DNA from: Octopus sinensis
Taxonomy: Eukaryota
Assembly (NCBI RefSeq): GCF_006345805.1
Contig: NC_043012.1
Location: 3,906,001-3,970,000, forward strand
Direction of reading: 5' to 3'
DNA: 64,000 nucleotides
Shown: piece after piece, positions 53,736-64,000 of the stretch
Numbering within the stretch: the first letter of the stretch is position 1
Layout of the letters: every line of letters starts with the position of its first letter
Made by a program: the position numbers and the translations under genes
The notes under the pieces: model-generated
Databases searched by the model: none
Told to the model about the DNA's origin: nothing
What the model saw: only the letters and a program-made list of their open reading frames with translations

Positions 53736-55589
53736 GTACTTGGCTTTAGTAATTTCCATTAAAAAATAAAATCAACTCAGATACACAAGTTCATACAAAT
53801 ATCTAAACGAAGCCAGAGGCTGGATTGGATATTATTAAGAGCATGAACAAACTACTGCGCAAAATTACGTTCTGTTTTATTAAAACAATCTCTTTTTACG
53901 TCATCCAGTGAAAGTCGCACTGAATTACATTAAGATGAAGTGCTGATTGAGAACATTGATTGGCATTGATTGAACAGATTTATGATCAAAGGCATTGTAC
54001 CTATCACCATCTCATCGTTTTGAAAGTGAGTATAGGAAAACATTATCCAACAATGAGATTTGGCTGTTGTTTCTAGCATGTCTAGCGGCCATGTAGAGGC
54101 TTTCTCGTTGGCCCGTAAAGGATAAATGTATTTCAGACAAGCAATTCATCCATTAAGAAATAAGATCTGCAAAGAATATGTAAAAAAAAGAAGAAGAAAA
54201 TGATACTAGCTATCTTTCTTTAATGATTTCTCTTCCAGATTAAATTTCAGCTTGGCCAGTGTCCAAATAATATAACTGACAGTTTTAGGGGATCTTCCTA
54301 CTCATTCTCTCTCCTCTGCCTTGAAGTTCATGATACCAACAAATTTCCCACCATCGTGGCCAGAACAATAAAAATTCGGCAGTCAGCAACAAAAAAACAA
54401 GCTCCAACTGTTTTTAGATAGCAGCCAAAATCGCCCTCATTTACACTCCATGTTTAAAAAATGTGTGTGTGGGGGGGGGGAAGACACATTGTAAATTGCG
54501 GTCCAGTATTTATAGGTTGGAATGCCTTTGATTATGGATCAACTCAATGAGAGCTGACTCGGAGCTGAAGAAACCAAATAATTTATCTTAGAAACCAAGC
54601 AACAAGAATAACAATGAACAAAAAACTCTCAAAAGACTAAATTTCAAGAGGCAAACCATCTACTTTTCTGCTCCAAGATAAACCATAAGAATGAGAACAA
54701 ATTGTTGATATTAAGGCCCGATTGCACAGACAAATGGTTAAATACACTCATATGGTGTACATCCATCCCCTTAGTGTGTTTAGAATATTTTCATTATTTG
54801 AATTGAACTTAGAAGCTCACTAAGGTTTTATTAGTTATACACACAGCAGACTTCCTGAAAGTTTCTGTCAGCTTACAAGGTGTGTGTCATTCCGTTATTA
54901 AGAACGTAGGGTGTGCTTTCTGACAGATTTGGTAGCTATTTTAAACAGGTCGAGCAACCGCATAGTGTAATGATTCCTAACATTTTTTACAGTTTGCACC
55001 TCCTGGAAATTTTTGATTAATTTTTGCACTCCATACAAAGTAGGAGATGAAAATGTAAATTTCCTAGTATAACTAATTTATTTTTAAATTGAGCCAGTTA
55101 TACAGTGCAGTGCAATAATAAAGTCTTTGGTGCGTTTAAAATTATTTTTAAGAGCAAGTTAATAATCTTATTCTGATTTTAATAAAGTGTAATATATACT
55201 TTTCCTCTTAGTCGCACTCACTGAAATGACATCTTACAGAAGCTGGTTAGGCAGGAACTTTGGTGGAGAGGCTTCCTAAGATGAAAATGTGACATATTTG
55301 ATCACATTGCAAATTAAAATTTAAGCTTACCCCAAATCAAGTGTGCTCCTGTAAGAGAGAATATTAAGGCATAACAATTCTTCCTGGATATATTTTATCC
55401 ACGTGGAAGAGAAGGGAGCTTATAGATCAGAGTGAAAGCTATGCAATGTAAAACCCCCTTGTTGGTAAGCAAACAGCCTGGGAATATGAAATGAGAAGAG
55501 AGAGAGGGAAACTGTATATGAAAACAAAAGCAATAAACAAGTAAATGATTGAAATAGAAAAGGCAATAATAATAATAGTAATAATCCTT

Positions 55590-56015
55590 TCTGCTAAAGG
55601 CACAAGGCATAACATTTTTGGCGGGAGGACTAGTCGATTACATCGACCCCAGTGCTCAACTGATACTTATTTTATCGATACCTACAGGATAAAAAGTAAA
55701 TTGTACAGGCGTTATTTGAACTCAGACCGTAAGGACGGACGAAATGCAGCTAAGCATTACGCCCGGCATGCTAACGACTGTGCCAGCTCGCCGCCTTACC
55801 AATAATAATAATAATATTGCTTTCAGATTTTGGTACAAGGCCAGTAAGTTAGGGGGAAGGGATAAGTCAATTACATCGACCCAGTGCTCAACTGGTTCTC
55901 ATTTTATCGATTCTAAAGGATGAAAGGCAAAGTCGATCTCGGCGGAGTTTGAACTCAGAACACGAAGACGGACGAAATGCCTCTAACGAACGATTCGGCC
56001 AGCTCGCCGCTTTAC
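55590..56015 (-). mobile_element. Two tandem SINE family B copies
   Basis: Collinear units separated by (AAT)n; diverged at non-CpG sites but CpGs retained. Confidence 0.8.
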
Positions 56016-56304
56016 TAATAATAATAATAATAATAATGTTCGGATATACTTGAAAGTATATGTAGTAGTTGTTTAGCTCAAGGTCAACAAACCCTGATCA
56101 AAGTATCTATTCTCACACACTCACCCCAGGTATTGTAAAGCCCGGACATTTTCCAGTATGTCCCCCACCAATTTTTGTTTCAAGATTGCAGGGCGTAATT
56201 TGAGACATTTGGCTGTTGTTTCTAACAGGTCGAACGACAACGTAGTGACACCCTCGACACGTGTTTACTAAATTATAATCTTAGTATTTTAATGTCATAA
56301 AAAA

Positions 56305-56362
<58 letters not shown>

Positions 56363-56389
56363 ACATGAACGGTTAAGTCGTCGCGGTCC

Positions 56390-57030
56390 TGTTATTTAAT
56401 TCCAGGTCAGCTCTGATACGACCGACCTATCTATGAGCAAAGCGATTCCAGCCATGACCATCATCATCGCATGACATTTTAGAGCTATGTCGAAACTTGT
56501 ATTATCCAATGCGTTCTTTTCTTAGTCAAGACGACAGAATGACGTTTTAGGGTAAGTTGGTTGCTATTTCTACAGGTCAAGCGATCGTGTGGAAGCTCCC
56601 TTGTACGTGTTTATTGTTCAGCCGAGATCGAGATCTATGATCACAGACATTCCAACCGTGACATCTTGCCGTTTTAGAGATTATATGTAGGACTACATTA
56701 TCTAATATGTTCTTTATCTAAGACGGGGGTGATTTAAGGGAGATTTGGCTATTTCTTTCTAGCATGTTGAGAAACTATATTAGAAGCACCTCACTGTATA
56801 CGTTGCTGTTGGTCAGCACTGGCCGAGAATGCGGGAAGACAGCTGATAAAACATTTTTGCCATTCTGAACTCTGACGAAAGTATTCCAATCGTGGCCATC
56901 CTATCTTTTTTAAGGATAATATGGGACTACATTATCTAATGCGTCTTTTCTATATTTAAAACAGGAGGGTGCGAGTTGGAGATTTGACTGCTATCTCTAG
57001 AATGTCGAGCGACCGCGTTGAGGCTCCCTC
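56390..57030. repeat. Tandem copies of an abundant unclassified dispersed repeat (family F)
   Basis: The core GATTTGGCTGCTATTTCTAG and CCAGCCATGACCATCC recur at many loci on both strands across the window. Confidence 0.7.
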
Positions 57031-59036
57031 GCTAGCTTGCTGTTGTATGTGTTTTAATAGATGGCGTCGGTTATGAGATAAAGGAAGGGTTTCCTTGGTG
57101 GGGAGTCAGTGACCGAATGTTCGTTTTAATTTAGACCAGCTGAAGGTAGTCGACCAACTGAGCTTGTTGGGTTTTAACATAGATTTTGTTTTTATTTTTC
57201 ACTAGAATTGTCTAGTTGTTATAAACGTGTAATTAATTATCAATATTTTTTTAATAGATAATGGAAACAACGAAACGGTAATTATAACAACGAGCCTCTA
57301 TATGATTGTCCAACATGCTAGAAATAACAGCCAGATTTCTTTTCCTACCGTTTTAAAACACATTGGATTATAATGTTGTCCTAATAATACACTATCTGAA
57401 ATTTTTAAAAAATGAGATGGTCATGGCTGGAAAGGAGCTAAACGACATCAGCAACGTTATCAAACAAATATATTCATTTTCTATTTTAGCCTTCATTTAA
57501 ATACACAAATCAATAATTAAATGCTAATAAGACAGCCTAAATATATGTATAATGAGAAAATAAATTCTCTTGGCTTGAAGACAATCTAAAAGGCAAGCAA
57601 GCTAGCTAAGCGTGGTAGAGGGGAAAAGGATAGTTGGGGCCATTTTGTCCAACGAGAACCCCCTGAGGGGGGACAATGACTCACTAAAGTTCATAAAAGA
57701 ATAAGGAAGAGGGGAAAAAGGAAATCAAGAAGAAAAATGTAAGCGGGACTATATAAAGTGTGTGAATAAGGTAGCAAGCTAGCTTTATCCTTTTTAACTG
57801 TCATCCTGATGTCAAAATTACTGTCCACTTGCCAACAGTAGATATACACATTAAACAATCCTAATTAATTAATTAATTAGCTATACGCATGCATTAAATT
57901 AGACGAAAATTTAATTTTTACCCCGTGATATTTCAAAAATATAATTAATTCCAATTACTGCTTAAAACTTTTTTTTTTAAATCTTACTTAGAATCGTAAC
58001 CGAATCGTGAAAATAATCAACACAAAATTGATCTCCATTAAAAAATAAAAACCAAATTTAATCAAATTAAATTAAAAACACAACGAAATAAACGAAGAGG
58101 CATGTGTACATTTCGTGTTGTTGTACAGGTATTATTAATTGGTGAACTGTAAAAATGGAATAAATAAACAAGGGAGGATTTTAACGATTACACCGTTTCC
58201 CAATATTTCAAAACAGTGCGAAGCGTTCTTTGTTATTCCTGAATCCTTCTTACACTTCTCAAAACTTATTACTTTCTCTATTTCTAGCATAATAAAGACG
58301 AAAGATCGCCGAAATTCGTTATATTGGAAATGATCAAATTAGCCACTGATAATTAGGAAACCATCTATCTATTTATATATATATAAGAGTGAATTAAATT
58401 ATCTCTTCTGTTATTCAAAGGCTTAATTGTTAGCAGTAATGATGAAGAAATAACATTCCAAAAGATTTTGTTTCAATCATCCATAGCGGTTGTTTAAAAA
58501 AATCTTTCACGTGTAACAAACAAACATACTAAATAAAAAAATTAAAAACTGTTAAAAGAAAAAAGATAGATTATTACAAACATAGAATGGGTATTTTATA
58601 TAAGTTTAAAAATAAATTGAAATAATTTTTTTAAAAAGGGGGAAAGCGATCGAAAGAGGAGAAACAACAATAATAATAATAATGATAATAATCAGGGTGA
58701 TGATGATGATGATGATGATGATGACGAAGAAGAACAATGAAATAAGGGAGATTTCGTAAATTTAAAGATTCGGTGAAATGAATGTTGCAGTTAGCACATG
58801 TCTAAAGTTGGTTGGAATGTCTAGTAATGAAATTAATGAAGCATAACATGAGAGATGTCAAGAGGAAATGTTTAAGCCGGTTGTTCCACCAGTCACACAC
58901 ATAATAATAATAATAATAAGGCTATGATAGTGATGGTGGTGGCAGTGCTCAGTATTTAGGGAATTATTTTAATGTCAGGCTTGGGATCTTGCTACAAAAC
59001 AAAGGCTTGCGGTTTTTTTTTTTTTTGACACTTTAC

Positions 59037-59124
59037 CTGAACAAGTAAACTGCTGGGGAAGGTTTTCTGACTTTACAGAGGGCGCCGTGATTTTTGCACT
59101 TTCCTCAAGATGCGGACACTCCAT
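59037..59124 (-). CDS. USP3: USP3-like deubiquitinase, coding exon 1 (MECPHLEESAKITAPSVKSENLPQQFTCS, phase 1 end)
   Basis: The minus strand reads ATG GAG TGT CCG CAT CTT...TGT TCA G|gtaaag. MECPHL is the USP3 N-terminus as I recall it. The 88-nt exon ends at a canonical GT donor and joins exon 2 in frame. Confidence 0.92.
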
Positions 59125-59329
59125 TTATACGTAGATTTCACGATCAAGTATCCAGTTTGTGTTGTTTTGCGGGAGGGGGGGACGCTTTTTTTTTTTTAAC
59201 TTTCAAAAATCTTAAAGAGAATCGCAATCCTCTTTCACAGTCTATATGTACATATTTATATGTATAAACATACATATATACATATATGTGTATGCGTGTG
59301 TAAATATAACGTAAACCTTCTTGAATCAA

Positions 59330-59650
59330 CTACCTCCCGGTCATGTACGTACAGCCTCCACCTCTTCACTCGGGTCAACGGGAGTGAGAATAATGCGCAT
59401 ATGACTAACACTAAAGTATTTCTTTAAAAAGAAAATTATTAACAGCTTGAATTTCTGTTAAGAACGAATGTTTAAATATTCTTATTATTATTAAGCAGTT
59501 CCATTGTAACTATCAGATAGTTTTTTCGTCGGTTTTACTTTTCAGGATTTTAGTGTCGACACCGATCTAGACTATTGTGCGGATAAACTTGTTTGCGCGG
59601 TACGTTCGCCGCCGTCTTAGCGGGTCATGTGATTTATCTGCTACATTGAT
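59330..59650. promoter_or_regulatory. Probable USP3 promoter / TSS region
   Basis: CpG-rich non-repeat sequence 200-530 bp upstream of the ATG, with an E/M-box-like GTCATGTGA at 59624-59632. The TSS position is inferred only. Confidence 0.5.
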
Positions 59651-60055
59651 GTTAAAACACTCAGTCTTCTTCCGTCTTTCTGTCTTTACGTTTGTTTGTG
59701 ATTTCATCTTACTCTCTCGATCCTGCTACTTCCCTCTTATTTCTTTCACTCTTCACTGGATTTTACTCTTTATTCATCATCAGTTCTATCGACAAGGCAT
59801 GTCTTGGAATCAAATATTAAAAAAAAAGATGACGAATATTGACTTTTCTGAAAAAGTAGTCGTTTCTATGTTTACCAAGATTTAATATTTTTTGTTAATC
59901 TTTATTTTATAGTTAAACGAATTAGAATTTACTTTCTGGGACAAAACTACTCGCATACTTTTCATTATATGAAGTGAAAGACGATAAACTATTATTTTTC
60001 AAGCACATTCTTACGGATACAAAATTACGGAGGTCCTACAACACAAACAACCATC

Positions 60056-61190
60056 ATGCGTCTTGGACTTGCTACTCGTACGACTGTGTATGCGATTAAA
60101 ACCCTTGAAGCCATACAGGTTATTGCTAAGAATTGTAAGCTAATTCACCCTGCTCGTACCATGCCTGATTCGTGGGCATGTATTCAGCGGTGTGTATGCC
60201 GTCGATTAATTCGAAATTCCTATACATACAATCAATACAATGTGGACTGTAGTTTAATTAACCATGCCGACATGGATGGCAACGTGTGGTACCATCACAT
60301 TTGCAAGAATAAAAAGTCGATTCGTCATGGAAGCTGATTTGGCAACGGTAAAAATCTGTTAATTTGCTGTTGGTCCTACGACTTCCCATAGAAAGACATT
60401 GCCAGGGAATCGGATATACAAACGAGGTGCGTCGGTTGGTGCAATTCTTGCAGAGATATTTGCCAAGAAGGAATTATCCGTAATCCTCAACAGAGGTTTG
60501 ATTCGAATGGTAGCTTGTGGATGTAAACAAGGGAAATATTTCCATCGAAATTACCTGAGGGGCCATTGGGCTGTTCAGTGCAATTAGGCATAGGTCCGGG
60601 AAATATTTTGTGGCGAAAGTAACAGATAGTAAGATATTTTGCGTCATTTAACGGCGCAGTGGATCCTACCTGGTGCCAACATTGTGAGCGTTGGCTGGAG
60701 AACCTAGATAACAGTGGTGCTCAACCATTTTTCCCCCTATAGACCACTTTGATTCCTGTTTTACTCGGTTGAACCTTCATAACCATTCGGTGTTTAAAAT
60801 AGCTTATATTTTTATAATTAAATATCGTTAGGAATTGTGTAAAATAATTGTCAAAATAATATTTTGTGTATTGTAAAGGTATAATCAATTTATGGCACTA
60901 TTTTTAACAAAATCTTATTTGGACATCCCTCCCCCATCAAGGGTCATATGGACCACTAGTATAACTAGAGTGTGTGCCGCCAGAGGTGACCCTTCCGTTT
61001 TCCGCTCCTAATTATTGTACACCGTGCTCAGGTGCACCACAACGATGTTTACACTCATTCGGTCTTACATTACGATCACAAATCTGTAGTCTCTAGAGAT
61101 TACCTGCACATACACAGACCGTGGAAGAAATGTGGGTGCGAGTCAAGAGAAGAATTCGACGACAATTTGGAACATTCGAACAGCTTTCTG
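60056..61190 (+). pseudogene. Merlin (IS1595/ISXO2-like DDE) transposase fossil, interrupted by a hAT MITE
   Basis: Across stops and frameshifts it reads DGNVW..CKNKKSIRHGS*F, CWSYDFP*KDIARE, VGWCNSCRDIC, FDSNG, KYFHRNY.RG, FSAI..RSGKYF..VTD, WILPGANIVSVGWR, YTH, AHTQTVEEMWVRVKRRIRRQFGT. This is the ordered Merlin motif set. The catalytic SDGW reads SVGW. TIRs were not identified. Confidence 0.88.
60712..60960. mobile_element. hAT-type MITE inserted in the Merlin fossil
   Basis: Starts CAGTGGTGCTCAACC and is the reverse-complement relative of 34636-34874. The right TIR is truncated and the TSD is unclear. Confidence 0.65.
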
Positions 61191-61376
61191 TGAAGGATAA
61201 TCACAGAAATTCTGTGAAGGATAAATCAGTCTTTCAACTATTGTCTAGCACCTTTATGTGACGTTTACGTCTTTTAAAAATCTTTCGATATAGATATATA
61301 TATTTATACACGCACAACTACAGTATGATGCCACTCGGATTTGTTTTCTGGTAACTTTCTGTAAGATGCTTATCTT

Positions 61377-61746
61377 ACAATGAAATTTTGTCAAGATAGG
61401 TTTTCCCCTTGTGTGAAGAACGATTATGCTGACATTTGAAAAAAGATGTTTTTCTTTGGGGTGGGATGGAGTCAGTTTCGGATCATTTTCTACCCACCTG
61501 CGATTTTACTTCTTCTTTAAAATAGATATTTTGCAGAAATACATTTCCAAGAGGGTACATTACGTAAGGTTGTTATCTCAAGCATATAAAATCTGTAAAA
61601 CGCTAAAATTACGGGAATTGGTGTTGGCAAAGTTTGGGGGGGGGGGGGGTTATCAGAAGCCCCCCCCCTTTTTTTTGAAAGCTAAATTTTATCAACATAA
61701 TCGCAATCTACACCCTCGAAAACGTATCGGCAAAATTTCATTTTAA
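61377..61746. mobile_element. Decayed foldback element
   Basis: aatgaaattttgtcaagataggttttc...gattatgctga is mirrored by tcaacataatcg...gaaaacgtatcggcaaaatttcatt. Confidence 0.5.
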
Positions 61747-63134
61747 AATATGCGAAGTGAGACACCAAACTCGTCTTATCTCGCACCGTCGATTAACCAT
61801 TTCAGAATCACCAAACATCCAATGACCCTCATACCGCTCTCTTCTGGGATACTTCCGATACTTATATCGTCACGGTTATAGGACGGCCAATGTGCCAGGT
61901 TCTGTGCTCTGCTTCTTGGATCCTTTCTTTTCTTCCCTCTGCTTATTTAGTCATTTTCGTGGGGGCTGGTTGGTTTGTTTTTTGGGGTTTTTTTATCATT
62001 TTACTTTGACATTTTTTACATCTTTAAAATAGATTTACTCAAAATTTCACCCCTAAAGATGAGGTTAATGATCCGAAGAATTACGATAATAATGCTTTAA
62101 AGTTAGATATATAGCTCCAGATCATCTCTGACTGAAAACGACCACCTGGCGTAATATACCTAGGGCTACAATATCCTGTTTGCCCTTGTTTTAAAACTCA
62201 GTACAGCATTGTCTGAGGAAAATTTGGCTGCTATATCTAGTAAGCTAAGCGGTCACTGAGAGGCTTCCCTGTTTTACAGTTTAGAAGGATAGATTAATAT
62301 TAAATTTTGATAAGTTTTACATTAGAAATGAAGGCAATAGCTATCACTTCTCTCACCCAGCATGCATTAGATACTTAATCCGGAGTTGCTCCCAAGTTAA
62401 CTTGCAATAATTAATAGATGTACATGTGTGTGTGTGTATGTATATACACACACACATGTATGTAGTCTTTACTAGTGTTTTTTTTTTGTTTAGTTTCCGG
62501 GAGAGAAAATAAGTCCTTCCATTGTAAAAGCACGTGTATCAACAAGGTAACTCGTATGTAATTGCAAACAAAATTTTAAAATGAAAAAATATAAAAGGTG
62601 TAATAATGTATAAATTTCGAAAAGCTGCAGTTTTCTAAAAGAGGCAAAGAAAACACAAAAAGTTAATATTTTCTTTTCGTTTCAGTATTTTGAATGTACC
62701 AAGATGTTTTTATACATCCCTCCACAATTTTTCTGTTTAGGGACATACAAGTGCATAATTAAAAATGATCACCGACAATAATGGGAAATGTACAAAAATA
62801 GTTTATGATGAATGACCGAAACGAATAAGCAAATGCTTTAAAGTATGTTGTTATTAAATAAATTTGTTTTCATTTCTAAACAGTATTGTGTATTTAATTT
62901 ATTAAGGTAGAATCATAGGAAATAAGACATATCTTTAAAAGAATTACGTGTCATCTCATTTCGAAAAGGAAGCGAAAGTGTTAGAAACTTTTCGGAAGAG
63001 AAATTAATGAAGGCAGACGTCTGTCTTCCTAGACAATTATATAAAAGTCGAAAGTATTTGTTGACTAATGCCGAAGTGTGGCAATTTAAAATAAATATAT
63101 TATTTTCGGGAATGTTTTCTTAATAACTTATATA

Positions 63135-63513
63135 GGAGTGGCTGTGTGGTAAGTAGCTTGCTAACCAACCACATGGTTCCGGGTTCAGTCCCACTGCGTG
63201 GCACCTTGGGCAAGTGTCTTCTGCTATAGCCCCGGGCCGACCAATGCCTTGTGAGTGGATTTGGTAGACGGAAACTGAAAGAAGCCTGTCGTATATATGT
63301 ATATATATATTTGTGTGTCTGTGTTTGTCCCCCTAGCATTGCTTGACAACCGATGCTGGTGTGTTTACGTCCCCGTCACATAGCGGTTCGGCAAAAAGAG
63401 ATCGATAGAATAAGTACTGGGCTTACAAAGAATAAGTCCCGGGGTCGATTTGCTCGACTTAAGGCGGTGCTCCAGCATGGCCGCAGTCAAATGACTGAAA
63501 CAAGTAAAAGAGT
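63135..63513 (+). mobile_element. tRNA-derived SINE family A (CORE-like), young full-length copy
   Basis: Pol III A-box TGGCTGTGTGGT and B-box GGTTCAGTCC, a CCTTGGGCAAGTG core-like segment, an internal (TA/TG) tract and a AAAAGAGT tail. Well over 10 further copies occur in the window. Confidence 0.85.
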
Positions 63514-64000
63514 AATGGTGTTGAAGAATGAGAAAAATTTATAATACCCCATGCTTTTAACAATTCGTTTCGACCATTCAGGTTAACCAAGTTATATTTT
63601 GTACATTTCCGAACCCGTTCGTTTCATTTGCGCGTGCGCAAATGCAAGTTAAATGGCAAAGAGCAGACGATATTTGTTTAACAAAAAAGAAATCAAAATT
63701 TTAAAATTTTTACGTTTTTCGACGCTAATTTTTTTCAACACTAATTAGTTAACTTATTTGTTAACATTGTTAAAAAAAAAACTTTTTTTTTAGGTGTTAT
63801 TTGAAATAACACTTTTTCACGCATATCTCTGTTGTAAGAAGTTTGCTTCTCAACCACAGGGTTCCAGGTTCGGTCCTGTGTAAAATTTGAGTGTCTTCTA
63901 CTACAGCTATGGACCGACTAAATTCTTGTGTGTGAATTTAATAGACGGAAACTGAAAGAAGCCTGTTGTATATGTCTATGTTTGAGAGCGGGCGAGTGTG

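Larger units (their letters stand above)
1..59124 (-). other. USP3: USP3-like gene body: intron 1 49599-59036 (9438 bp), intron 2 14531-49537 (35007 bp), intron 3 running off the left edge
   Basis: Derived from the three exons. A manual scan of 1-14437 found no YxCDxFVxND-type exon 4, so the catalytic domain presumably lies left of the window. Confidence 0.85.

Noticed and set aside
59577-59885. 102-aa plus-strand ORF in the promoter region
   Set aside because: Derived from a pyrimidine-rich non-coding tract; no domain and no splice support.
60056-60587. Reading the 93-aa and 62-aa ORFs as novel small proteins or an EGF-like pseudogene
   Set aside because: Both are explained as pieces of the Merlin transposase fossil.
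1-64000. CRISPR arrays, rRNA, prokaryotic operons
   Set aside because: None seen. The recurring sequences are dispersed eukaryotic TEs and microsatellites, not repeat-spacer arrays.

Overview
AT-rich animal genomic DNA packed with microsatellites and SINEs. The SINE families look like those of octopus or another coleoid cephalopod; this is recognition from memory, not a database result. The only host gene I can support is the 5' part of a USP3-type deubiquitinase on the minus strand. Three coding exons (59037-59124, 49538-49598, 14438-14530) splice in frame to MECPHL...CSVCKTEKSPWICLCCGVVNCGRYVNGHARKH...HSVCMDCDSYSAFC, the N-terminal ZnF-UBP domain. I found no exon 4 in the window. Almost everything else is intron filled with tRNA-derived SINEs, RTE-type tails, hAT, piggyBac, Tigger and Helentron-type non-autonomous elements, and a full-length dead DD37D (maT) Tc1/mariner. 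None of the short ORFs in the track is a host gene. The best leads are: (1) a sharp CpG-decay boundary near 40 kb inside intron 2, next to a perfect NRF1-type motif; (2) a previously unlabelled Merlin (IS1595-like) transposase fossil head-to-head with the USP3 start, plus two GG-ended foldback elements with 8-9 bp TSDs, one a near-perfect 207-bp palindrome; (3) several long hairpins in the pre-mRNA; (4) degenerate Penelope-type hammerhead motifs; (5) a candidate 18-nt in-frame microexon. I cannot demonstrate a new biological system from sequence alone.
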